Shown: positions 1 through 9,540 of the stretch, piece after piece
Position numbering within the stretch: position 1 is the stretch's first letter
Layout: every line of letters begins with the position of its first letter
Source: an uncultured Bacilli bacterium
Lineage (GTDB): Bacteria > Bacillota_I > Bacilli_A > RF39 > UBA660
DNA: 35,961 bases
Direction of reading: 5' to 3'
Assembly: GCA_944359025.1 (NCBI GenBank)
Contig: CALVSM010000003.1
Coordinates: 1 to 35,961 of the forward strand
Notes under the pieces: generated by a model
Seen by the model: the letters and a program-made list of their open reading frames with translations, nothing else
Told to the model about the DNA's origin: nothing
Database searches by the model: none
Position numbers and translations under genes: made by a program

Positions 1-434
1 GCTATTTTTTCTAACAAGTCAACTTGTTCTTTTTTTATTTCCTCCACTTTATCTTGTTCTTTTTGAATTTCTCTTTGTTTATTTACTAAATTATTTTCTC
101 TTTCTTCTAACATTTGCTCACGATTTTGTAAAGTTTGATCTCTTTTATCAATATTGCTTTCTCTTAAAAGTAATCTTTCTTCTGATTCTTTTAATTCGTT
201 TTTCTTTTCTTTCATTTCCTTTTCAAAATCTATTTTTAATTTATGAGCTTCTTCTTTAGCATCTAATAAATAATTTTTCTTTATTTTATCTGCTTCTTTG
301 TTAGCTTTATCGATAATTGATTCAGCTTTTTTACCAGAAATATTAGTTTTGATATAATTTAGTACAATCATAATAATGATTCCGACAAAAAGTCCCAATA
401 TTACAAGTAAAATGGAGAATATAACATCATTCAT
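1..434 (-). CDS. rny: Ribonuclease Y, N-terminal part (runs off the window)
   Basis: Not in the ORF track. Manual translation from ATG at 434 (RBS GGAGG): MNDVIFSILLVILGLFVGIIIMIVLNY...KAESIIDKANKEADKIKK...AKEEAHKLK...ERLLLRESNIDKR...LLEKIA. This is the N-terminal TM helix plus coiled coil typical of RNase Y. It lies near recA, as in Bacilli. Confidence 0.92.
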   Translation of the reverse strand, partial: MNDVIFSILLVILGLFVGIIIMIVLNYIKTNISGKKAESIIDKANKEADKIKKNYLLDAKEEAHKLKIDFEKEMKEKKNELKESEERLLLRESNIDKRDQTLQNREQMLEERENNLVNKQREIQKEQDKVEEIKKEQVDLLEKI

Positions 435-474
435 ATATTACCTCCACTTTCCTTAGAGTATCAACTCTATTATT

Positions 475-503
475 ATTTTAATATTTATGGAAAGATAAGT
501 CAA
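475..503 (-). promoter_or_regulatory. Sigma-A promoter for rny
   Basis: TTGACT (503-498), N17, TAAAAT (480-475) on the - strand. A small inverted repeat TAGAGT/ACTCTA (454-469) lies in the leader. Confidence 0.7.
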
Positions 504-585
504 GTATAAGTATTTTTCTAAATAAACTAGATTTTTAGATTAAAATAAGATATAATTATTTATAGAATAAATGAGGGTGAATAAT

Positions 586-2331
586 ATGTTAGGAAAAATA
601 GTTTATATCAGTAACAATATGGCGCATGTTCAAATACCACCAAATGTTAAAGTTTCAACTAACTTAATGAATATGCATGTTATATTTGAAGACGAAAAGA
701 AAAAAGTTTTAGGAGAAATTGATGATATTGGTAAAGACTTAATTAAAATTAGGTTCTTAGGCGAAATAGTTAACAATCAATTTGTCGGTGGGGTTATTAG
801 AAAACCTACTATTGAATCTAATATTAGAATGATTAATAGTGAGGAATTAAAATTAATCATCGGCGCTAACGATAAGAATAGTTTTATGTTAGGAACTAGT
901 GCTTTATATGATAATTATCCAATCATGGTCAATATCAATGAATTATTTTCTAACCATATGGCTATTTTTGGTAATAGTGGTTCAGGTAAATCATGTGGCG
1001 TAGCTCGGCTTTTACAAAACGTATTTAAAAATCCTAATTTTAAACCATATAAAGCCAATATTTTTATTTTTGATGCATATGGTGAATATCACAATGCGTT
1101 TTCTAATTTTAATTCCATCGATCCTAATTATCAGTTTAAATATTATACAACCAATAAACATGACACAATAGGGCAACCATTATTAATACCATTATGGTTA
1201 TTAGATAATGATGATTTTGCTATTTTATTAAATGCAAGTGAACATGCGCAATTACCAATTATCGAAAGAACTTTAAAGTTAGTTAAAATTTTTGCGGCTA
1301 GTGATGAAACAGCTTTAAAATATAAAAATCATTTAATTGCTAAAGCAATTATGAATATTTTATATACTAATCAAAGTGCGAGTAGTAAAAGAAATGATGT
1401 CTTTGCTATTTTCAATTCTTGTTCAACGCCACAATTTAACCCTGAAGCCGTTGTTCAAGGTGTTGGCTATACGCGAAAATTTAGAGAATGTTTTTTAATT
1501 AATGATCAAGATAATTTTTCAGAAAGTGTTTTATTATCCGAATATGTCTCTAGTTTTATCGATGAAAGTTTAGATCAATATGAAGAAAAAGAAATAAATT
1601 ATTTTACTTTAGAAGATTTAGAAAAAGCTTTAAACTTTACTTTAATTTCAGAAGGACTACTTAGAAATGAAAAAGCTTATAACAGTGCGGTTACCTTAAA
1701 AGTAAGACTTCATTCTATAATTATTAGTGAATATGCAAGATATTTTAATGTTCCTGAATTTATGACAATCGATCAATATATTGCTAGTCTAATTAGTAAT
1801 AATAACCATAAAGCCCAAATAATTAACTTTAATTTAGAAGATGTCGAAGATTGGTTTGCTAAATTTGTGACTAAAACTTATGTAAAATTATTATTCGATT
1901 ATACTAAAAATATGAGCAATAGAGCTACCATACCATTTCATATATTTATTGAAGAAGCACATAGATATGTTCAAAAAGATAGTGATACTTTCCTTTTAGG
2001 TTATAATATATTTGATCGCGTCGCTAAAGAAGGGCGTAAATATGGACTTATTTTAGATTTAATTTCCCAAAGACCAGTTGAATTATCTGATACTGTTATC
2101 TCACAAATGTCTAATTTTTTGATTTTTAAAATAACCCATCCTTTAGATGTTGAATATATTCAAAAAATGTTACCTAATATCAGTATCGATATTGTCGAAA
2201 AGCAAAAAAGTTTACAACCTGGTACCTGTATGGCTTTTGGTCGTGCCTTTAAAATTCCTATGATTGTTAGAATGCAAATGCCTGATCCAATGCCGGAAAG
2301 TAGTAACTGTGATATCATAAATACATGGTAA
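586..2331 (+). CDS. HerA/DUF87-family (FtsK-HerA superfamily) P-loop ATPase
   Basis: Walker A GNSGSGKS preceded by HMAIF, then IFDAYGEY, Walker B HIFIEEAHRY, and EGRKYG...ISQRP (Arg finger/sensor). Beta-rich HAS-barrel-like N-terminus. Start moved to ATG 586, downstream of RBS GAGGGTG. Confidence 0.88.
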   Translation: MLGKIVYISNNMAHVQIPPNVKVSTNLMNMHVIFEDEKKKVLGEIDDIGKDLIKIRFLGEIVNNQFVGGVIRKPTIESNIRMINSEELKLIIGANDKNSFMLGTSALYDNYPIMVNINELFSNHMAIFGNSGSGKSCGVARLLQNVFKNPNFKPYKANIFIFDAYGEYHNAFSNFNSIDPNYQFKYYTTNKHDTIGQPLLIPLWLLDNDDFAILLNASEHAQLPIIERTLKLVKIFAASDETALKYKNHLIAKAIMNILYTNQSASSKRNDVFAIFNSCSTPQFNPEAVVQGVGYTRKFRECFLINDQDNFSESVLLSEYVSSFIDESLDQYEEKEINYFTLEDLEKALNFTLISEGLLRNEKAYNSAVTLKVRLHSIIISEYARYFNVPEFMTIDQYIASLISNNNHKAQIINFNLEDVEDWFAKFVTKTYVKLLFDYTKNMSNRATIPFHIFIEEAHRYVQKDSDTFLLGYNIFDRVAKEGRKYGLILDLISQRPVELSDTVISQMSNFLIFKITHPLDVEYIQKMLPNISIDIVEKQKSLQPGTCMAFGRAFKIPMIVRMQMPDPMPESSNCDIINTW

Positions 2332-2362
2332 AAAAAATTGGCTTTTATAAAACCAATTTTTT
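2332..2362. terminator. Bidirectional intrinsic terminator between herA-like gene and recA
   Basis: AAAAAATTGG...CCAATTTTTT inverted repeat with A/T tracts, between convergent stop codons. Confidence 0.7.
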
Positions 2363-3377
2363 ATTTTTCTTCTTTTTTATTTTCTTTTTTTAGACCAAAA
2401 TGAATTCTTACTCTATCCTCTATTTCTTTAGATAATTCAGGGTTCTTTTTTAACAAATCTTTAACATTCTCTTTACCTTGACCAATTTTTTCCCCTTTAT
2501 ATGAATACCAAGCACCACTTTTTTCAATAATATTGGCTTCACTTGCTAAATCGACCAATTCACCTTCGTGTGAAACTCCTTCGCCATACATAATATCAAC
2601 AGTACAAGACTTAAAAGGGGGCGCCATTTTATTTTTAACTACTTTAATAGTTGTTTTATTACCGACAATATCAGTTCCTAATTTAATAGCTTCAGCTCTT
2701 CTAATTTCTAATCTAATTGAAGAATAGAATTTTAAAGCGCGACCACCTGGAGTGACTTCAGGGTTACCAAACATAACGCCAACTTTTTCTCTTAATTGAT
2801 TAATGAATATTGCAATTGTATTTGTCTTATTAATAACACCCGCTAATTTTCTTAAAGCTTGACTCATTAATCTAGCTTGTAGTCCAACATGGGAATCACC
2901 CATTTCGCCTTCGATTTCTGCTTGGGGAACTAAAGCCGCAACCGAATCAATTACAATAACACTAATAGCACCACTTCTTACTAAGGCTTCACATATTTCT
3001 AAAGCTTGTTCGCCATTATCTGGTTGTGATAATAATAATTCATCTATATTGACGCCTAATTTTTTAGCATATTGTGGATCTAAAGAGTTCTCGGCATCAA
3101 TAAATGCTACTCTACCACCTAATTTTTGAGCTTCAGCAATCGCATGTAAAGCAAATGTTGTTTTACCACTTGATTCAGGACCATAAATTTCAATTATTCT
3201 TCCCTTTGGATATCCACCAATACCTAAAATCATATCTAAAGCAATTGAACCACTAGGAATTACATCTATTTGTCTAACTTCGTTAGAACCTAATTTCATT
3301 ACCGAACCTTTACCAAATTGTTTTTCGATATCTTGTAAAACTTGGTCTAAAGTTTTATCACTACTACTTTTTGTCAT
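2361..3377 (-). CDS. recA: Recombinase RecA
   Basis: GPESSGKTT Walker [27 protein letters not shown]; RBS GGAGG. Confidence 0.99.
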   Translation of the reverse strand: MTKSSSDKTLDQVLQDIEKQFGKGSVMKLGSNEVRQIDVIPSGSIALDMILGIGGYPKGRIIEIYGPESSGKTTFALHAIAEAQKLGGRVAFIDAENSLDPQYAKKLGVNIDELLLSQPDNGEQALEICEALVRSGAISVIVIDSVAALVPQAEIEGEMGDSHVGLQARLMSQALRKLAGVINKTNTIAIFINQLREKVGVMFGNPEVTPGGRALKFYSSIRLEIRRAEAIKLGTDIVGNKTTIKVVKNKMAPPFKSCTVDIMYGEGVSHEGELVDLASEANIIEKSGAWYSYKGEKIGQGKENVKDLLKKNPELSKEIEDRVRIHFGLKKENKKEEK

Positions 3378-3408
3378 ATTTCCTCCTCTATTTAACTCCT
3401 ACAGTCTA

Positions 3409-3437
3409 ATTATAAACTATTTAAAAAATAAAGTCAA
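3409..3437 (-). promoter_or_regulatory. Sigma-A promoter for recA
   Basis: TTGACT (3437-3432), N17, TATAAT (3414-3409). Confidence 0.85.
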
Positions 3438-3445
3438 TAGAAAAA

Positions 3446-3459
3446 CGAACTAAAGTTTG
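3446..3459. promoter_or_regulatory. LexA (Cheo/SOS) box upstream of recA
   Basis: CGAAC-TAAA-GTTTG, one mismatch from the Gram-positive consensus CGAAC-N4-GTTCG, just upstream of the recA -35. Confidence 0.75.
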
Positions 3460-3473
3460 CTTTCTTGCTTAAT

Positions 3474-3499
3474 TAAAAAGATAGCCTATCGACTATCTT
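3474..3499 (-). terminator. Intrinsic terminator of the stalk-domain protein gene
   Basis: - strand AAGATAG-tcgatagg-CTATCTT followed by a T tract, overlapping the stop codon. Confidence 0.6.
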
Positions 3500-5328
3500 A
3501 TATGATCATATTCATCTTCCCCGATATAAACGCGATTACCATTTTCATCATAATAGTAAGCACCATCGTAATTATTATAATCATCATTATAATCATCGTT
3601 ATAATCGTCGTCAATTGTATAACCATAACGATTTAATAAGGCACTATTAGTTGCTTGATCCCAACTAATACTTGTACCAAACATCGCTGATATATCACGG
3701 GCAGGAACGTAAGTTGTTCCATTAATAATATATACTTCTGTTTTTTGACCATTAGTTAATTGTGGTGTATATAAATTACCATTAAAATAAATATTTACAC
3801 CGATAGCAGCTGTTACTTCTTTTTTAGTTAATGTTTTACTTGGTTGTTCATTAGATACAGGTACCGCTGGATAATTTTTAAAATATACTTTATTGCCATT
3901 AGCATCAATATAAAATTCATTACTGATATTATTGTTAGATTGAATATAAACTGAATTATTTTTCCATTCGACATCCGCACCATATAAAGTTGAGATAGCT
4001 GCAATTGGTAAATAAGTTGTTCCATTATGAACAAATGGAGTTATCTTGTTACCATTAGCATCTTTTGGTGTATATAATATTCCATCGACATAAATATTAA
4101 CACCAGTATAAGCATCTATTTTAACATTTTTTAATTGACTTGGATTAGTAACAGCACTAGATTGTAAATCTTTAGTATCTAAATAACCACGGTCGATAGT
4201 TAATAATGTTTCATTGCCATTTCTATAATAAACAAAGCCTTGTTCTTCACTAATTCTAACAGGTTTATTGTTGATAGAATATTCGACATAATCACGATAA
4301 TTAATACGACTAGAATTTTTATTATATACCTTTGATACCATTAAAGATTGTTTATAATTCAAATATTGATTTAAAGCTGGTTTTAAATTTTGATAATAAG
4401 CATATTTATTATTGATAGTTTGACTAATTAAATTAGTATCACCATAAATAGCTAAAAGGACATCTTCTTTTGAACTGTTGCTGATATTATAATTACCAGA
4501 ATTAATAGCGCTTTCTATTTTGTCATAGAATATGTCAATATCACGCATTGCTTGAAGACACATATTTTCATTATTTTTAGGAATAACTACTGTATCATAT
4601 TCCGTTTTAAAATTAGGTCTTGTTCCACTATATGTCACATCTAAATTAGGAATAACTACTAAAGTTTTATCTTTGCTTAATTTAGAATCATCTAAAGTAA
4701 TTATTCTTGAATCAATAATTTGATTATTTCTTAATTCATATACTCCAATATTCACTAAATTATTATTACCAATACTATTAGCAAATACACAAGTATAATC
4801 ATCATCATAATCATTTAAGTCTCTAACCGAAATGTTAGTAACACTAGAAAAAACTAATTTACTTTCGTTAATTTTACTATCTAAATATTTTTTAATAATT
4901 TGTTTTTCCGTGCTGTTTAAATCATCCATTACTTCTTCATATTCATTTTCAATTAAATTAATGCTAGCTAACATTCTTGCCATACTATTAGCTTTTCTAC
5001 CAGTATGGTTAATATTCATTCCTCCATTAGCTAAAACCGTATAAATTTCTTGAAAATCATCATCGATATCTTCGATAATTGCATTTAATTCTCTAGCTTG
5101 GCGATCGGTAACATAACTTGATTTATATGTTCCTTCATTAACATATTCATTATTGCCACTATAAGTAATATTTATCGTTGGAAATTCAATATTAGCAGCT
5201 TCAGCTTTAGTAGCACCAGCGCCAACGACAAAACCAGTTGCTAAAACAAAAGGTAGAGCTTTTTTTAAAATTAAATTTTTGCCATTATGGACAAGTTCGT
5301 TAATTTTTTGTCTATTAATATTAATCAT
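3493..5328 (-). CDS. Secreted/surface protein with two C-terminal copper amine oxidase N-terminal (stalk) domains
   Basis: Signal peptide KKALPFVLATGFVVGAGATKAEA. Two stalk repeats: VNIYVDG...PFVHNGTTYLPIAAIS...VEW and VNIYFNG...YIINGTTYVPARDIS...ISWD. Confidence 0.75.
   Translation of the reverse strand: MININRQKINELVHNGKNLILKKALPFVLATGFVVGAGATKAEAANIEFPTINITYSGNNEYVNEGTYKSSYVTDRQARELNAIIEDIDDDFQEIYTVLANGGMNINHTGRKANSMARMLASINLIENEYEEVMDDLNSTEKQIIKKYLDSKINESKLVFSSVTNISVRDLNDYDDDYTCVFANSIGNNNLVNIGVYELRNNQIIDSRIITLDDSKLSKDKTLVVIPNLDVTYSGTRPNFKTEYDTVVIPKNNENMCLQAMRDIDIFYDKIESAINSGNYNISNSSKEDVLLAIYGDTNLISQTINNKYAYYQNLKPALNQYLNYKQSLMVSKVYNKNSSRINYRDYVEYSINNKPVRISEEQGFVYYRNGNETLLTIDRGYLDTKDLQSSAVTNPSQLKNVKIDAYTGVNIYVDGILYTPKDANGNKITPFVHNGTTYLPIAAISTLYGADVEWKNNSVYIQSNNNISNEFYIDANGNKVYFKNYPAVPVSNEQPSKTLTKKEVTAAIGVNIYFNGNLYTPQLTNGQKTEVYIINGTTYVPARDISAMFGTSISWDQATNSALLNRYGYTIDDDYNDDYNDDYNNYDGAYYYDENGNRVYIGEDEYDHIR
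3574..3609. repeat. 3 x 12-bp in-frame tandem repeat encoding (DDYN)3
   Basis: attataatcatc / attataatcatc / gttataatcgtc on the + strand. Confidence 0.85.
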
Positions 5329-5360
5329 AATGATTCCCCCTTTAATTAATATTGTCTTTT

Positions 5361-5389
5361 ATACTAACACAAACAAATTTAAAAGTCAA
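5361..5389 (-). promoter_or_regulatory. Putative sigma-A promoter for the stalk-domain gene
   Basis: TTGACT (5389-5384), N17, TAGTAT (5366-5361), with a TG extended -10. Confidence 0.55.
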
Positions 5390-5413
5390 ATTAAAGAACT
5401 GAAATCTAAGATG

Positions 5414-6727
5414 TCAGTTCTTCATGCTTTTTTCTAATAATTCTTCATATTTATTTTGTAAAACATAAATATCTTTGCTACTCATAAAAATAAGAACAGC
5501 ATTTTTATGTTTTAATAATTTATCAGCCATATCTAAATTTATATATTCGCCATTATCTAATTTATCTAATATAACTTGACAAGTTACATCATCATAACCG
5601 ATTTCTTCGCGATCAACACCGACATCCATCACATAAGCTTTATCAGCTAAATTTAGAGCATCAGCAAATTCTTGAGCCATTTCTTTAGTTCTTGATAAAG
5701 TATGGGTTTTTAATATAGCGACGATTTCTTTATCAGGATATTTTTGTCTTGCCCCTTTAATTGTTACTTTAACTTCGGTTGGATGATGAGCATAATCATC
5801 GATTGTAACAATATCGCCAATTACTTTTTCTTTAAATCTTCTTTTAGCTCCTTTAAATGTTTTTAAATATTTAGCTACTTCTTTAGCTTCCAATCTTTCA
5901 TAATAACAAACCCCAATTACAGCTAAAGCATTCAATAACATATGTTTACCATATAGCGGTAAATCAAAGTGACCATAATAATTATCTTCAATAAACACAT
6001 CAAAACTTGTTCCTTCATTAGAGTATTCAACATTTTTAGCGATAATATCATTATCTTCATTTAACCCATAGAAAAATATTGGAACATTTACTTCAATGGT
6101 GTGAGTATATGGATCATCCCCACAAGCAATAACCATTTTTTCAGCTAATTTAGCATATTCTTGATAAGCGGATACAACATCGTCAATATCTTTATAATAA
6201 TCGATATGATCTAATTCAATATTAGTTATAATGGCATAATATGGTGTATAACTTAAAAAATGTCTTTTATATTCGCAAGCTTCTAAAGCAAAATATTCAT
6301 TATCTTTATTAGCATCACCAGTACCATCACCAATCAAATAATTACAACCTGTAATGTTTTTTAAAACATGACTTAACATAGCAGTAGTTGTTGTTTTTCC
6401 ATGACATCCAGCAATAGTAATAGTTTTAAACATTTTTGTTAATTTGCCAACCATTTCTTGATAAGAATATATTTTTAAACCTAATTCTTTAGCTCGAACT
6501 ATTTCTTCATGAGTATCTTTAAAAGCATTCCCTTGAATAATAATCATATCCTCTTTAATATTATCTTTATTAAATTCATAAATTTTTATTTCTTTATCAA
6601 CTAAAGCTTGTTCGGTAAAGAAATGATCTGGTTTATCACTACCTTCAACTTCATAACCCAAGCCATCGAGAATTTGCGCTAAAGCACTCATTCCTGTTCC
6701 TTTTATTCCAACCAGAAAGTATTTCAT
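5414..6727 (-). CDS. murC: UDP-N-acetylmuramate--L-alanine ligase
   Basis: GIKGTGMSALA, GCHGKTTTT, EACEY, DDYAHHPTE. Confidence 0.97.
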   Translation of the reverse strand: MKYFLVGIKGTGMSALAQILDGLGYEVEGSDKPDHFFTEQALVDKEIKIYEFNKDNIKEDMIIIQGNAFKDTHEEIVRAKELGLKIYSYQEMVGKLTKMFKTITIAGCHGKTTTTAMLSHVLKNITGCNYLIGDGTGDANKDNEYFALEACEYKRHFLSYTPYYAIITNIELDHIDYYKDIDDVVSAYQEYAKLAEKMVIACGDDPYTHTIEVNVPIFFYGLNEDNDIIAKNVEYSNEGTSFDVFIEDNYYGHFDLPLYGKHMLLNALAVIGVCYYERLEAKEVAKYLKTFKGAKRRFKEKVIGDIVTIDDYAHHPTEVKVTIKGARQKYPDKEIVAILKTHTLSRTKEMAQEFADALNLADKAYVMDVGVDREEIGYDDVTCQVILDKLDNGEYINLDMADKLLKHKNAVLIFMSSKDIYVLQNKYEELLEKSMKN

Positions 6728-6794
6728 TAATTAACCATCTCCTATTATTATTTTACACCATTTAGAAGTAAAAAGTCCATAATTTTAACTAAAA

Positions 6795-8063
6795 TTATTC
6801 TTTATATTCAAATTCTAAATCTAATATTCTAATCGTATCGCCTTCTAAAGCACCTAATTCTCTTAACTTGTCGTCGACACCATATTTTCTTAATTTATTA
6901 GCGAATCTATTAGCCGCTTCGTCAGTATTAAATTTAGTCATTTTTAATAATTTTTCTATTTTTTCGCCTTTTACTACCCAAGTATTTCCTTCTTTAGTAA
7001 TCGTAAATGGTTGTTCCTCTTTAAATTTATATAAAACATGGCTTTCAAATTTTTCTTCTTCATATAATGGTTCTTTAGCAATAGTTTCTAATTTTTTAGC
7101 TAAAGCTTCGACAACTTCTTTTAAACCTTCATTATTGATTGCTTTTACTGGATAAACATCTATTTTTACTTTCTTTTTAAATTCTTCTAAATTCTTTAAA
7201 GCTGATGGCATATCCATTTTATTAGCAATAACAATTTGGGGTTTATCTAATATTTTAGGGTTAAACTCTTTTAATTCATTATTAATTATAATATAATCTT
7301 CGTAAGGATCTCTTCCTTCAGTAGCTCCCATATCGATAACGTGTGCAATAATTCTTGTTCTTTCGATATGTTTTAAAAATTGATCACCTAAACCATCTCC
7401 TTTAGATGCTCCTTCGATTAAACCTGGTAAATCGGCTACAACAAAAGAAGTATTATTTGCTTTAACAACACCTAAATTAGGTTTTAAAGTTGTAAAATGA
7501 TAAGCGGCTATTTTAGGTTTAGCAGCCGAAATTTGCGAAATTATCGTCGATTTTCCAACACTTGGCATCCCAACTAAACCAACATCAGCTAGTAATTTTA
7601 ATTCAACTTTTACTCTTCTAACCTCTCCAGGTTCGCCGTTTTCAGCAAAATGCGGAGCAGGATTAGACTTAGTAGCAAAAGCAATATTTCCTCTTCCACC
7701 TCGGCCACCATTAGCAACAACAACTTCATCGTCTTTTTTAGTTAAGTCAGCTATTATTAAACCGGTATCTAAATCGGTTATGACCGTACCTAAAGGAACA
7801 TTTATTATAATATCGTCAGCTTTAGCGCCATTCATCCCTTTTCCTAGACCATTATTACCTTTTTTACCTTTAATTTGTTTTTGATATCTTAAATCGATCA
7901 AAGTATTTAAACCTTCATCAACCCTAAAAATAATATCGGAACCTTTACCACCATTTCCCCCGTATGGTCCACCCATTTCAACAAATTTTTCTCTTCTAAA
8001 AGCCATACAGCCATCGCCACCAGCTCCGGCTATCAGTTCTAATACTACTTCATCAATAAACAT
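6795..8063 (-). CDS. obgE: GTPase ObgE
   Basis: MFIDEV start, Gly-rich Obg domain, GMPSVGKST, DLPG, NKMD, and the C-terminal OCT domain (LRKYGVDDKL...GDTIRI). Confidence 0.98.
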   Translation of the reverse strand: MFIDEVVLELIAGAGGDGCMAFRREKFVEMGGPYGGNGGKGSDIIFRVDEGLNTLIDLRYQKQIKGKKGNNGLGKGMNGAKADDIIINVPLGTVITDLDTGLIIADLTKKDDEVVVANGGRGGRGNIAFATKSNPAPHFAENGEPGEVRRVKVELKLLADVGLVGMPSVGKSTIISQISAAKPKIAAYHFTTLKPNLGVVKANNTSFVVADLPGLIEGASKGDGLGDQFLKHIERTRIIAHVIDMGATEGRDPYEDYIIINNELKEFNPKILDKPQIVIANKMDMPSALKNLEEFKKKVKIDVYPVKAINNEGLKEVVEALAKKLETIAKEPLYEEEKFESHVLYKFKEEQPFTITKEGNTWVVKGEKIEKLLKMTKFNTDEAANRFANKLRKYGVDDKLRELGALEGDTIRILDLEFEYKE

Positions 8064-8111
8064 AGTTACCACCCATTTAAATTATACACTAAAAGAAAAA
8101 AATAGTCATTA

Positions 8112-8498
8112 CTATTTTTGTTCTCTTAATACTAATTTATCGATACTAGTTTTAATATCTTTTTCACTAAATGGTTTGTTTAAAACATCGACGATAGGAT
8201 ATTTAAAGACTTTATCGATAGAATCTTTCGTATCATCACCAGTTAAAATACATACAGGTATTTTTTCAAACAAATGGTTTTTTTCAAATATTTCTAACAC
8301 TTCAAAACCATTTAATTTAGGCATATTTAAATCTAACAACATTCCGATAAATTGTTTATCAAAATTGTTGCGAATAGCATCGATTGCTTCAATACCATCT
8401 TTAGCCAAAATAACATTAAATTCATCTTTAAATATCTTATTTACAAAGCTTGTAATTATACTTGAATCATCAACAACTAATAAAATTTTTGTTTCCAT
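8112..8498 (-). CDS. Stand-alone response regulator receiver domain (CheY/Spo0F-like fold)
   Basis: LVVDD, LLDLNMPKLNG (phosphoacceptor Asp), ILTG, KPF; no output domain; RBS GAGGT. Confidence 0.88.
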   Translation of the reverse strand: METKILLVVDDSSIITSFVNKIFKDEFNVILAKDGIEAIDAIRNNFDKQFIGMLLDLNMPKLNGFEVLEIFEKNHLFEKIPVCILTGDDTKDSIDKVFKYPIVDVLNKPFSEKDIKTSIDKLVLREQK

Positions 8499-8548
8499 AT
8501 AATCTACCTCTATTTTTATTATATCATAATAAGAAAAAAAAAGATAGA

Positions 8549-8839
8549 TTATTTAGTAGCATAAACACTTACTTGTTTTCTATCTTTTCCAACTCTTTCA
8601 AATTTTACATATCCATCAATTTTAGCATATACAGTATCATCTGAACCGATGCCAACATTTACACCTGGATAAATTTTAGTTCCTCTTTGACGGTATAAAA
8701 TTGAACCGCCAGTTACAAATTCACCATCACTAGCTTTAGCTCCTAGTCGTTTAGCAATTGAATCACGACCATTTTTAGTAGAACCTTGTCCTTTTTTGTG
8801 AGCAAATAATTGTATATTTAATTGCATCAATTTTAACAC
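8549..8839 (-). CDS. rpmA: 50S ribosomal protein L27 with Prp-cleaved N-terminal extension
   Basis: [18 protein letters not shown]...RQRGTK. GTG start at 8839 after RBS AAGGAGGTG. Confidence 0.97.
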   Translation of the reverse strand: MLKLMQLNIQLFAHKKGQGSTKNGRDSIAKRLGAKASDGEFVTGGSILYRQRGTKIYPGVNVGIGSDDTVYAKIDGYVKFERVGKDRKQVSVYATK

Positions 8840-8841
8840 AA

Positions 8842-9144
8842 TTAACACCTCCTTATTTCTATATATTTAGGATATTTTTTTTCTAATTCTTTTAACAATT
8901 CAATTAAATTTAAAATTAGTTTATCAATTGTTTCATCATGCTTTAAGATATTAATAGTAACACCATTGTTTTCGTCAAAATTAACAGCTTCACTATCAAT
9001 TCTTATCATCGCATTGACACTAGTAATCACTATCGAAGAAACAGCTGCACAAACAATATCTTGTCCTTCAAAAGCATAACCAGAATGTCCTTTAACTGTT
9101 ATTTTATCAATAACATCTTTACCTTTAATATTTACTTTTATCAT
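8842..9144 (-). CDS. prp: Ribosomal-processing cysteine protease Prp (YsxB)
   Basis: GHSG...DIVCAAVS catalytic His/Cys, located between rplU and rpmA. Confidence 0.93.
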   Translation of the reverse strand: MIKVNIKGKDVIDKITVKGHSGYAFEGQDIVCAAVSSIVITSVNAMIRIDSEAVNFDENNGVTINILKHDETIDKLILNLIELLKELEKKYPKYIEIRRC

Positions 9145-9446
9145 TATTTTTCAACAATTTTTTTAATTTCTACTTTAGTGTAAGGTTGACGATGACCTTG
9201 AGTTTTGTGATAATTCTTTTTAGGGTTATATTTAAATATTTTTATTTTCTTACTTTTACCATTTTTAACTACTTCACCATCAACAGTAACATTGCTTAAA
9301 TAAGGACGTCCAGGATTGCCATTAACCATTAATACTTTATCAAATTTAACTTTACTTCCTGGTTCTAAATCTAGTTTTTCAACATAGATAACAGACCCTT
9401 CTTCAACATAATATTGTTTACCACCAGTTTCAATAACTGCTTTCAT
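9144..9446 (-). CDS. rplU: 50S ribosomal protein L21
   Basis: MKAVIETGGKQY...GHRQPYT. True start at 9446 after RBS AAGGAGGT. Confidence 0.97.
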   Translation of the reverse strand: MKAVIETGGKQYYVEEGSVIYVEKLDLEPGSKVKFDKVLMVNGNPGRPYLSNVTVDGEVVKNGKSKKIKIFKYNPKKNYHKTQGHRQPYTKVEIKKIVEK

Positions 9447-9461
9447 TAATATACCTCCTTT

Positions 9462-9535
9462 TATCTCAGACTCGCCATTAAGGTAATAAATTTTTAAACC
9501 TTTTCTGTGCGGTTGTAGAGAGGTCTCTACACAGT
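9462..9535 (-). promoter_or_regulatory. L21 ribosomal leader RNA
   Basis: 5' UTR of rplU with hairpin TGTAGAGA/TCTCTACA (9514-9531) and the CGCAC...GGCGAGTCT elements characteristic of Firmicutes L21 leaders. Confidence 0.75.
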
Positions 9536-9540
9536 TTTTA

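Noticed and set aside
586-2331. Calling the HerA-like gene an anti-phage system (SIR2-HerA, DUF4297-HerA) or a conjugative VirB4/VirD4
   Set aside because: No adjacent effector, nuclease, relaxase or T4SS genes; both neighbours are core genes.
3574-3609. Short direct repeats as a CRISPR or phase-variation element
   Set aside because: Only three contiguous in-frame 12-bp units with no spacers, encoding a low-complexity DDYN linker.
3493-5328. Annotation as a copper amine oxidase enzyme
   Set aside because: Only the non-catalytic stalk domains are recognisable; no catalytic domain motifs were seen.
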